From the NCBI RefSeq assembly GCF_009914755.1, contig NC_060928.1: 64,000 nucleotides of DNA; one strand, 5' to 3'. The notes under the pieces are model-generated. The model searched no databases. It saw nothing but the letters and a program-made list of their open reading frames with translations, and had not been told where the DNA came from. This document shows, one piece after another, positions 12,401 to 24,321 of this stretch. The number at the start of each line of letters is the position of its first letter. Position 1 is the stretch's first letter. This DNA comes from the human T2T-CHM13v2.0 reference genome, Homo sapiens. The position numbers and the translations under genes are program-made.

Positions 12401-15306
12401 TTTGATACAGCATTTTGGAAACACTCCTTTTGTAGGATCTGCAGGTGGATATTTGGATAGATTTTAAGATTTCGTTGGAAACGGGAGTTTCTTCATAGAA
12501 ACTCAAGACAGATGCATTCTCAGAAACATCTCTGTGATGTTTGCATTCCACTCATAGAGTTGAAAACTTCCTTTCATAGAGCAGGTTTGAAACACTCTTT
12601 TTGTAATATTTGGAAGTGGACATTTGCAGCGCTTTGAGGCCTATGGTGAAAAAGGAAATATCTTCTCATAAAAACCAGAAACAAGCATTCTCAGAAACTT
12701 CTTTTTGATGTGTGTACTCAAGTAACAGAGTTGAACCTTCCTTTTGACACAGCAGTTTTGAAACAATCTTTTTGTAGAATCTGCAAGTGGATATTTGGAT
12801 AGCTTTGAGGATTTCGTTGGAAACGGGATATCTTCATATAAAATCTAGACAGAAGCATTCTCAGAAACTTCTTTGTGCTGTATGTCCTCAATTAACAGAG
12901 TTGAACCATTGCTTGGATACAGCATTTTGGAAACATTCCTTGAGTAGAATCTGCAAGTTGATATTTAGATAGATTTGAAGATTTCGTTGGAAAAGGGAAT
13001 ATCTCCATATAAAATCTAGAGGGAAGCATTCTCAGAAACTGCTTTGTGATGTTTCCATTCAAGTCACAGAGTTGAATATTCCCTTTTATAGAGCACGTTT
13101 GAAACACTCTTTCTGCACTATCTGGAAGTGGACATTTCGAGCGCTTTGAGGCCTATGGTGAAAAAGGAAATATCTTCCCATAAAAACTAGACAGAAGCAT
13201 TCTCAGAAACTTGTTTGTGATGTGTGTATTCAACTAACAGAGTTGAACTTTTGTTTTTACAGAGCCGTTTTAAAACACTCTTTTTGTGGAATCAGAAAGT
13301 GGATATTCGGATGGCTCTGAGGATTTCGTTGGAAGCGGGATTACATATAAAATCTAGAGAGAAGCATTCTCAGGAACTTCTTTGTGATGTTTGCATTGAA
13401 GTCACAGAATTGAACATTCACTTTGATAGAGCAGGTTTGAAACACTCATTCTGTAGTATCTGGAAGTGGACATTTCAAGCGCTTTCAGGCCTATGGTGAG
13501 AAAGGAAATATCTTCGAATAAAAACTAGACAGAAGCATCCTCAGAAACTTATTTGTGATGTGTGTCCTCAACTAACAGAGTTGAAACTTTGTTTTGATAC
13601 AGCATTTTGGAAACACTCTTTTTGTAGAATCTGCAGGTGGATATTTGGATAGCTTAGAGGGATTCGTTGGAAAGGGGATATCTTCATATAAAATCTAGAC
13701 AGAAGCATTCTCAGAAACTTATTTGTGATGTGTGTCCTCAACTAACAGAGTTGAACCTTGGTTTTGATACAGCATTTTGGAAACACTCCTTTTGTAGAAT
13801 CTGCAGGTGGATATGTGGATAGCTCTGAAGATTTCGTTGGAAACGGGAATTTCTTCATATAAAATCAAACAGAAGCATTCTCAGAAACTTCTCAGTGATG
13901 TTTGCATTCAGCTCATGGAGTTGAACACTTCCTTTCATAGAGCCGGTTTGAAACACTCTTTCTGCACTACCTGGAAGAGGCCATTTCGAGCGCTTTGAGT
14001 CCTATGGTGAAAAAGGAAATATCTTCTCATAAAAACCAGAAAGAAGCATTCTCAGAAACTTCTTTGTGTTGTGTGTACTCATGTAACAGTGTTGAACCTT
14101 CCTTTTGACACAGCAGTTTTGAAACACTCTTTTGGTAGAATCTGCAAGTGGATATTTGGATAGCTTTGAGGATTTCGTTGGAAACGGGTTATCTTCATAT
14201 AAAATCCAGACAGGAGCATTCTCAGAAACTTCTTTGTGCTGCATGTCCTCAATTCACAGAGCTGAACCTTTGTTTGGATACAGCATTTTGGAAACATTCC
14301 TTTAGTAGAATCTGCAAGTTGATATTTAGATAGCTTTGAAGATTTCGTTGGAAACGGGAATATCTTCATAGAAAATCTAGACGGAAGCATTCTCAGAAAC
14401 TGCTTTGTGATGTTTGCATTCAAGTCACAGAGTTGAATATTCCCTTTTATAGAGTAGGTTTGAAACACTCTTTCGGCACTACCTGGAAGTGGATATTTCG
14501 AGCTCTTTGAGGCCTATGGTTAAAAGGAAATATCTTCCCATAAAAACTAGACAGAAGCCGTCTCAGAAACTTGTTTGTGATGTGTGTATTCAACTAACAG
14601 AGTTGAACATTTCTGTTACAGAGCAATTTTAAAACACTCTTTTTGTGGAATCTGAAAGTGGATAATTGGATAGCTTTGTGGATTTCGTTGGAAACGGGAT
14701 GACGTATAAAATCTAGAGAGAAGCATTCTCAGGAACTTCTTTCTGATGTTTGCATTCAAGTCACAGAATTGAACATTCCTTTTCATAGTGCAGGTTTGAA
14801 ACACTCTTTCTGTAGTATCTGGAAGTGGACATTTCAAGCGCTTTCAGGCCTACGGGGAGAAAGGAAATATCTTCAAATAAAAACTAGACAGAAGGATTCT
14901 CAGAAACTTATTTGTGATGTGTGTCCTAAACGAACACAGTTGAACCTTTGTTTAGATACAGCATTTTGGAAACACTCCTTTTGTAGGATCTGCAGGTGGA
15001 TATTTGGATAGATTTTAAGATTTCGTTGGAAACGGGAGTTTCTTCATAGAAACTCAAGACAGATGCATTCTCAGAAACATCTCTGTGATGTTTGCATTCC
15101 ACTCATAGAGTTGAAAACTTCCTTTCATAGAGCAGGTTTGAAACACTCTTTTTGTAATATTTGGAAGTGGACATTTGCAGCGCTTTGAGGCCTATGGTGA
15201 AAAAGGAAATATCTTCTCATAAAAACCAGAAACAAGCATTCTCAGAAACTTCTTTTTGATGTGTGTACTCAAGTAACAGAGTTGAACCTTCCTTTTGACA
15301 CAGCAG

Positions 15307-18300
15307 TTTTGAAACAATCTTTTTGTAGAATCTGCAAGTGGATATTTGGATAGCTTTGAGGATTTCGTTGGAAACGGGATATCTTCATATAAAATCTAGA
15401 CAGAAGCATTCTCAGAAACTTCTTTGTGCTGTATGTCCTCAATTAACAGAGTTGAACCATTGCTTGGATACAGCATTTTGGAAACATTCCTTGAGTAGAA
15501 TCTGCAAGTTGATATTTAGATAGATTTGAAGATTTCGTTGGAAAAGGGAATATCTCCATATAAAATCTAGAGGGAAGCATTCTCAGAAACTGCTTTGTGA
15601 TGTTTCCATTCAAGTCACAGAGTTGAATATTCCCTTTTATAGAGCACGTTTGAAACACTCTTTCTGCACTATCTGGAAGTGGACATTTCGAGCGCTTTGA
15701 GGCCTATGGTGAAAAAGGAAATATCTTCCCATAAAAACTAGACAGAAGCATTCTCAGAAACTTGTTTGTGATGTGTGTATTCAACTAACAGAGTTGAACT
15801 TTTGTTTTTACAGAGCCGTTTTAAAACACTCTTTTTGTGGAATCAGAAAGTGGATATTCGGATGGCTCTGAGGATTTCGTTGGAAGCGGGATTACATATA
15901 AAATCTAGAGAGAAGCATTCTCAGGAACTTCTTTGTGATGTTTGCATTGAAGTCACAGAATTGAACATTCACTTTGATAGAGCAGGTTTGAAACACTCAT
16001 TCTGTAGTATCTGGAAGTGGACATTTCAAGCGCTTTCAGGCCTATGGTGAGAAAGGAAATATCTTCGAATAAAAACTAGACAGAAGCATCCTCAGAAACT
16101 TATTTGTGATGTGTGTCCTCAACTAACAGAGTTGAAACTTTGTTTTGATACAGCATTTTGGAAACACTCTTTTTGTAGAATCTGCAGGTGGATATTTGGA
16201 TAGCTTAGAGGGATTCGTTGGAAAGGGGATATCTTCATATAAAATCTAGACAGAAGCATTCTCAGAAACTTATTTGTGATGTGTGTCCTCAACTAACAGA
16301 GTTGAACCTTGGTTTTGATACAGCATTTTGGAAACACTCCTTTTGTAGAATCTGCAGGTGGATATGTGGATAGCTCTGAAGATTTCGTTGGAAACGGGAA
16401 TTTCTTCATATAAAATCAAACAGAAGCATTCTCAGAAACTTCTCAGTGATGTTTGCATTCAGCTCATGGAGTTGAACACTTCCTTTCATAGAGCCGGTTT
16501 GAAACACTCTTTCTGCACTACCTGGAAGAGGACATTTCGAGCGCTTTGAGTCCTATGGTGAAAAAGGAAATATCTTCTCATAAAAACCAGAAAGAAGCAT
16601 TCTCAGAAACTTCTTTGTGTTGTGTGTACTCATGTAACAGTGTTGAACCATCCTTTTGACAGAGCAGTTTTGAAACACTCTTTTTGTAGAATCTGCAAGT
16701 GGATATTTGGATAGCTTTGAGGATTTCGTTGGAAACGGGATGACATATAATATCTAGAGAGAAGCATTCTCAGGAACTTCTTTGTGATCTATGCATTCAA
16801 GTCGCAGAATTGAACATTCCCTTTCATAGAGCAGGTTTGAAACACTCTTTCTCTAGTATCTGGAAGTGGGCATTTCAAGCGCTTTCAGGCCTATGGAGAG
16901 AAAGGAAATACCTTCAAATAAAAACTAGACAGAAGCATTCTCAGAAACTTATTTGTGATGTGTGTCCTCAACTAACAGAGTTGAACCTTTGTTTTGATAC
17001 AGCATTTTGGAAACACTCCTTTTGTAGAATCTGCAGGTGGATATTTGGATAGCTTTGAAGATTTCGTTGGAAACCGGAATATCTTCATATAAAATCAAGA
17101 CAGAAGCATTCTCGGAAACATCTCTGTGATGTTTGCATTCAACTCAGTAGAGTTGAACACTTCCTCTCATAGAGCAGGTTTGAAACACTCTTTCTGCACT
17201 ACCTGGAAGCGGACATTTCGAGCGCTTTGAGGCCTATGGTGAAAAAGGAAATATCTTCTCATAAAAACCAGAAAGAAGCATTCTCAGAAACTTCTTTGTG
17301 TTGTGTGTACTCAAGTAACAGTGTTGAACCTTCCTTTTGACACAGCAGTTTTGAAACACTCTTTTGGTAGAATCTGCAAGTGGATATTTGGATAGCTTTG
17401 AGGATTTCGTTGGAAACGGGTTATCTTCATATAAAATCCAGACAGGAGCATTCTCAGAAACTTCTTTGTGCTGCATGTCCTCAATTCACAGAGCTGAACC
17501 TTTGTTTGGATACAGCATTTTGGAGACATTCCTTTAGTAGAATCTGCAAGTTGATATTTAGATAGCTTTGAAGATTTCGTTGGAAACGGGAATATCTTCA
17601 TAGAAAATCTAGACGGAAGCATTCTCAGAAACTGCTTTGTGATGTTTGCATTCAAGTCACAGAGTTGAATATTCCCTTTTATAGAGTAGGTTTGAAACAC
17701 TCTTTTGGCACTACCTGGAAGTGGATATTTCGAGCTCTTTGAGGCCTATGATTAAAAGGAAATATCTTCCCATAAAAACTAGACAGAAGCCGTCTCAGAA
17801 ACTTGTTTGTGATGTGTGTATTCAACTAACAGAGTTGAACATTTCTGTTACAGAGCAATTTTAAAACACTCTTTTTGTGGAATCTGAAAGTGGATAATTG
17901 GATAGCTTTGTGGATTTCGTTGGAAACGGGATGACGTATAAAATCTAGAGAGAAGCATTCTCAGGAACTTCTTTCTGATGTTTGCATTCAAGTCACAGAA
18001 TTGAACATTCCTTTTCATAGTGCAGGTTTGAAACACTCTTTCTGTAGTATCTGGAAGTGGACATTTCAAGCGCTTTCAGGCCTACGGGGAGAAAGGAAAT
18101 ATCTTCAAATAAAAACTAGACAGAAGGATTCTCAGAAACTTATTTGTGATGTGTGTCCTAAACTAACACAGTTGAACCTTTGTTTTGATACAGCATTTTG
18201 GAAACACTCCTTTTGTAGGATCTGCAGGTGGATATTTGGATAGATTTTAAGATTTCGTTGGAAACGGGAGTTTCTTCATAGAAACTCAAGACAGATGCAT

Positions 18301-21300
18301 TCTCAGAAACATCTCTGTGATGTTTGCATTCCACTCATAGAGTTGAAAACTTCCTTTCATAGAGCAGGTTTGAAACACTCTTTTTGTAATATTTGGAAGT
18401 GGACATTTGCAGCGCTTTGAGGCCTATGGTGAAAAAGGAAATATCTTCTCATAAAAACCAGAAACAAGCATTCTCAGAAACTTCTTTCTGATGTGTGTAC
18501 TCAAGTAACAGAGTTGAACCTTCCTTTTGACACAGCAGTTTTGAAACAATCTTTTTGTAGAATCTGCAAGTGGATATTTGGATAGCTTTGAGGATTTCGT
18601 TGGAAACGGGATATCTTCATATAAAATCTAGACAGAAGCATTCTCAGAAACTTCTTTGTGCTGTATGTCCTCAATTAACAGAGTTGAACCATTGCTTGGA
18701 TACAGCATTTTGGAAACATTCCTTGAGTAGAATCTGCAAGTTGATATTTAGATAGATTTGAAGATTTCGTTGGAAAAGGGAATATCTCCATATAAAATCT
18801 AGAGGGAAGCATTCTCAGAAACTGCTTTGTGATGTTTCCATTCAAGTCACAGAGTTGAATATTCCCTTTTATAGAGCACGTTTGAAACACTCTTTCTGCA
18901 CTATCTGGAAGTGGACATTTCGAGCGCTTTGAGGCCTATGGTGAAAAAGGAAATATCTTCCCATAAAAACTAGACAGAAGCATTCTCAGAAACTTGTTTG
19001 TGATGTGTGTATTCAACTAACAGAGTTGAACTTTTGTTTTTACAGAGCCGTTTTAAAACACTCTTTTTGTGGAATCAGAAAGTGGATATTCGGATGGCTC
19101 TGAGGATTTCGTTGGAAGCGGGATTACATATAAAATCTAGAGAGAAGCATTCTCAGGAACTTCTTTGTGATGTTTGCATTGAAGTCACAGAATTGAACAT
19201 TCACTTTGATAGAGCAGGTTTGAAACACTCATTCTGTAGTATCTGGAAGTGGACATTTCAAGCGCTTTCAGGCCTATGGTGAGAAAGGAAATATCTTCGA
19301 ATAAAAACTAGACAGAAGCATCCTCAGAAACTTATTTGTGATGTGTGTCCTCAACTAACAGAGTTGAAACTTTGTTTTGATACAGCATTTTGGAAACACT
19401 CTTTTTGTAGAATCTGCAGGTGGATATTTGGATAGCTTAGAGGGATTCGTTGGAAAGGGGATATCTTCATATAAAATCTAGACAGAAGCATTCTCAGAAA
19501 CTTATTTGTGATGTGTGTCCTCAACTAACAGAGTTGAACCTTGGTTTTGATACAGCATTTTGGAAACACTCCTTTTGTAGAATCTGCAGGTGGATATGTG
19601 GATAGCTCTGAAGATTTCGTTGGAAACGGGAATTTCTTCATATAAAATCAAACAGAAGCATTCTCAGAAACTTCTCAGTGATGTTTGCATTCAGCTCATG
19701 GAGTTGAACACTTCCTTTCATAGAGCCGGTTTGAAACACTCTTTCTGCACTACCTGGAAGAGGACATTTCGAGCGCTTTGAGTCCTATGGTGAAAAAGGA
19801 AATATCTTCTCATAAAAACCAGAAAGAAGCATTCTCAGAAACTTCTTTGTGTTGTGTGTACTCATGTAACAGTGTTGAACCATCCTTTTGACAGAGCAGT
19901 TTTGAAACACTCTTTTTGTAGAATCTGCAAGTGGATATTTGGATAGCTTTGAGGATTTCGTTGGAAACGGGATGACATATAATATCTAGAGAGAAGCATT
20001 CTCAGGAACTTCTTTGTGATGTTTGCATTCAAGTCACAGAATTGAACATTCCCTTTCATAGAGCAGGTTTGAAACACTCTTTCTCTAGTATCTGGAAGTG
20101 GGCATTTCAAGCGCTTTCAGGCCTATGGAGAGAAAGGAAATACCTTCAAATAAAAACTAGACAGAAGCATTCTCAGAAACTTATTTGTGATGTGTGTCCT
20201 CAACTAACAGAGTTGAACCTTTGTTTTGATACAGCATTTTGGAAACACTCCTTTTGTAGAATCTGCAGGTGGATATGTGGATAACTTTGAAGATTTCGTT
20301 GGAAACCGGAATATCTTCATATAAAATCAAGACAGAAGCATTCTCGGAAACATCTCTGTGATGTTTGCATTCAACTCAGTAGAGTTGAACACTTCCTTTC
20401 ATAGAGCCGGTTTGAAACACTCTTTCTGCACTACCTGGAAGCGGACATTTCGAGCGCTTTGAGGCCTATGGTGAAAAAGGAAATATCTTCTCATAAAAAC
20501 CAGAAAGAAGCATTCTCAGAAACTTCTTTGTGTTGTGTGTACTCAAGTAACAGTGTTGAACCTTCCTTTTGACACAGCAGTTTTGAAACACTCTTTTGGT
20601 AGAATCTGCAAGTGGATATTTGGATAGCTTTGAGGATTTCGTTGGAAACGGGTTATCTTCATATAAAATCCAGACAGGAGCATTCTCAGAAACTTCTTTG
20701 TGCTGCATGTCCTCAATTCACAGAGCTGAACCTTTGTTTGGATACAGCATTTTGGAAACATTCCTTTAGTAGAATCTGCAAGTTGATATTTAGATAGCTT
20801 TGAAGATTTCGTTGGAAACGGGAATATCTTCATAGAAAATCTAGACGGAAGCATTCTCAGAAACTGCTTTGTGATGTTTGCATTCAAGTCACAGAGTTGA
20901 ATATTCCCTTTTATAGAGTAGGTTTGAAACACTCTTTTGGCACTACCTGGAAGTGGATATTTCGAGCTCTTTGAGGCCTATGGTTAAAAGGAAATATCTT
21001 CCCATAAAAACTAGACAGAAGCCGTCTCAGAAACTTGTTTGTGATGTGTGTATTCAACTAACAGAGTTGAACATTTCTGTTACAGAGCAATTTTAAAACA
21101 CTCTTTTTGTGGAATCTGAAAGTGGATAATTGGATAGCTTTGTGGATTTCGTTGGAAACGGGATGACGTATAAAATCTAGAGAGAAGCATTCTCAGGAAC
21201 TTCTTTCTGATGTTTGCATTCAAGTCACAGAATTGAACATTCCTTTTCATAGTGCAGGTTTGAAACACTCTTTCTGTAGTATCTGGAAGTGGACATTTCA

Positions 21301-21770
21301 AGCGCTTTCAGGCCTACGGGGAGAAAGGAAATATCTTCAAATAAAAACTAGACAGAAGGATTCTCAGAAACTTATTTGTGATGTGTGTCCTAAACGAACA
21401 CAGTTGAACCTTTGTTTTGATACAGCATTTTGGAAACACTCCTTTTGTAGGATCTGCAGGTGGATATTTGGATAGATTTTAAGATTTCGTTGGAAACGGG
21501 AGTTTCTTCATAGAAACTCAAGACAGATGCATTCTCAGAAACATCTCTGTGATGTTTGCATTCCACTCATAGAGTTGAAAACTTCCTTTCATAGAGCAGG
21601 TTTGAAACACTCTTTTTGTAATATTTGGAAGTGGACATTTGCAGCGCTTTGAGGCCTATGGTGAAAAAGGAAATATCTTCTCATAAAAACCAGAAACAAG
21701 CATTCTCAGAAACTTCTTTTTGATGTGTGTACTCAAGTAACAGAGTTGAACCTTCCTTTTGACACAGCAG
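15307..21770 (+). repeat. Two 19-mer HORs (3232 bp each; units 7-8)
   Basis: Anchor spacing 15338-18570-21802. Each unit carries an extra 681 bp (4 monomers) containing GGGATGACATATAATATC and GGAAACCGGAAT. Confidence 0.96.
16469..17420 (+). repeat. Internal ~271 bp direct repeat within the 19-mer (16469-16739 and 17150-17420, offset 681 bp)
   Basis: By-eye alignment shows about 8 mismatches in 271 bp. The offset equals the 19-mer minus 15-mer length difference. Confidence 0.9.
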
Positions 21771-24321
21771 TTTTGAAACAATCTTTTTGTAGAATCTGCA
21801 AGTGGATATTTGGATAGCTTTGAGGATTTCGTTGGAAACGGGATATCTTCATATAAAATCTAGACAGAAGCATTCTCAGAAACTTCTTTGTGCTGTATGT
21901 CCTCAATTAACAGAGTTGAACCATTGCTTGGATACAGCATTTTGGAAACATTCCTTGAGTAGAATCTGCAAGTTGATATTTAGATAGATTTGAAGATTTC
22001 GTTGGAAAAGGGAATATCTCCATATAAAATCTAGAGGGAAGCATTCTCAGAAACTGCTTTGTGATGTTTCCATTCAAGTCACAGAGTTGAATATTCCCTT
22101 TTATAGAGCACGTTTGAAACACTCTTTCTGCACTATCTGGAAGTGGACATTTCGAGCGCTTTGAGGCCTATGGTGAAAAAGGAAATATCTTCCCATAAAA
22201 ACTAGACAGAAGCATTCTCAGAAACTTGTTTGTGATGTGTGTATTCAACTAACAGAGTTGAACTTTTGTTTTTACAGAGCCGTTTTAAAACACTCTTTTT
22301 GTGGAATCAGAAAGTGGATATTCGGATGGCTCTGAGGATTTCGTTGGAAGCGGGATTACATATAAAATCTAGAGAGAAGCATTCTCAGGAACTTCTTTGT
22401 GATGTTTGCATTGAAGTCACAGAATTGAACATTCACTTTGATAGAGCAGGTTTGAAACACTCATTCTGTAGTATCTGGAAGTGGACATTTCAAGCGCTTT
22501 CAGGCCTATGGTGAGAAAGGAAATATCTTCGAATAAAAACTAGACAGAAGCATCCTCAGAAACTTATTTGTGATGTGTGTCCTCAACTAACAGAGTTGAA
22601 ACTTTGTTTTGATACAGCATTTTGGAAACACTCTTTTTGTAGAATCTGCAGGTGGATATTTGGATAGCTTAGAGGGATTCGTTGGAAAGGGGATATCTTC
22701 ATATAAAATCTAGACAGAAGCATTCTCAGAAACTTATTTGTGATGTGTGTCCTCAACTAACAGAGTTGAACCTTGGTTTTGATACAGCATTTTGGAAACA
22801 CTCCTTTTGTAGAATCTGCAGGTGGATATGTGGATAGCTCTGAAGATTTCGTTGGAAACGGGAATTTCTTCATATAAAATCAAACAGAAGCATTCTCAGA
22901 AACTTCTCAGTGATGTTTGCATTCAGCTCATGGAGTTGAACACTTCCTTTCATAGAGCCGGTTTGAAACACTCTTTCTGCACTACCTGGAAGAGGACATT
23001 TCGAGCGCTTTGAGTCCTATGGTGAAAAAGGAAATATCTTCTCATAAAAACCAGAAAGAAGCATTCTCAGAAACTTCTTTGTGTTGTGTGTACTCATGTA
23101 ACAGTGTTGAACCTTCCTTTTGACACAGCAGTTTTGAAACACTCTTTTGGTAGAATCTGCAAGTGGATATTTGGATAGCTTTGAGGATTTCGTTGGAAAC
23201 GGGTTATCTTCATATAAAATCCAGACAGGAGCATTCTCAGAAACTTCTTTGTGCTGCATGTCCTCAATTCACAGAGCTGAACCTTTGTTTGGATACAGCA
23301 TTTTGGAAACATTCCTTTAGTAGAATCTGCAAGTTGATATTTAGATAGCTTTGAAGATTTCGTTGGAAACGGGAATATCTTCATAGAAAATCTAGACGGA
23401 AGCATTCTCAGAAACTGCTTTGTGATGTTTGCATTCAAGTCACAGAGTTGAATATTCCCTTTTATAGAGTAGGTTTGAAACACTCTTTCGGCACTACCTG
23501 GAAGTGGATATTTCGAGCTCTTTGAGGCCTATGGTTAAAAGGAAATATCTTCCCATAAAAACTAGACAGAAGCCGTCTCAGAAACTTGTTTGTGATGTGT
23601 GTATTCAACTAACAGAGTTGAACATTTCTGTTACAGAGCAATTTTAAAACACTCTTTTTGTGGAATCTGAAAGTGGATAATTGGATAGCTTTGTGGATTT
23701 CGTTGGAAACGGGATGACGTATAAAATCTAGAGAGAAGCATTCTCAGGAACTTCTTTCTGATGTTTGCATTCAAGTCACAGAATTGAACATTCCTTTTCA
23801 TAGTGCAGGTTTGAAACACTCTTTCTGTAGTATCTGGAAGTGGACATTTCAAGCGCTTTCAGGCCTACGGGGAGAAAGGAAATATCTTCAAATAAAAACT
23901 AGACAGAAGGATTCTCAGAAACTTATTTGTGATGTGTGTCCTAAACGAACACAGTTGAACCTTTGTTTTGATACAGCATTTTGGAAACACTCCTTTTGTA
24001 GGATCTGCAGGTGGATATTTGGATAGATTTTAAGATTTCGTTGGAAACGGGAGTTTCTTCATAGAAACTCAAGACAGATGCATTCTCAGAAACATCTCTG
24101 TGATGTTTGCATTCCACTCATAGAGTTGAAAACTTCCTTTCATAGAGCAGGTTTGAAACACTCTTTTTGTAATATTTGGAAGTGGACATTTGCAGCGCTT
24201 TGAGGCCTATGGTGAAAAAGGAAATATCTTCTCATAAAAACCAGAAACAAGCATTCTCGGAAACTTCTTTTTGATGTGTGTAGTCAAGTAACAGAGTTGA
24301 ACCTTCCTTTTGACACAGCAG
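21771..24321 (+). repeat. 15-mer HOR (unit 9, 2551 bp)
   Basis: Anchor spacing 21802-24353. Confidence 0.96.

Larger units (their letters stand above)
1..15306 (+). repeat. Six tandem 15-mer HORs (2551 bp each; units 1-6)
   Basis: Anchor ORF at 32, 2583, 5134, 7685, 10236, 12787, 15338 gives a constant 2551 bp spacing. 15 box positions counted in unit 1. Unit phase is arbitrary (window start). Confidence 0.97.
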
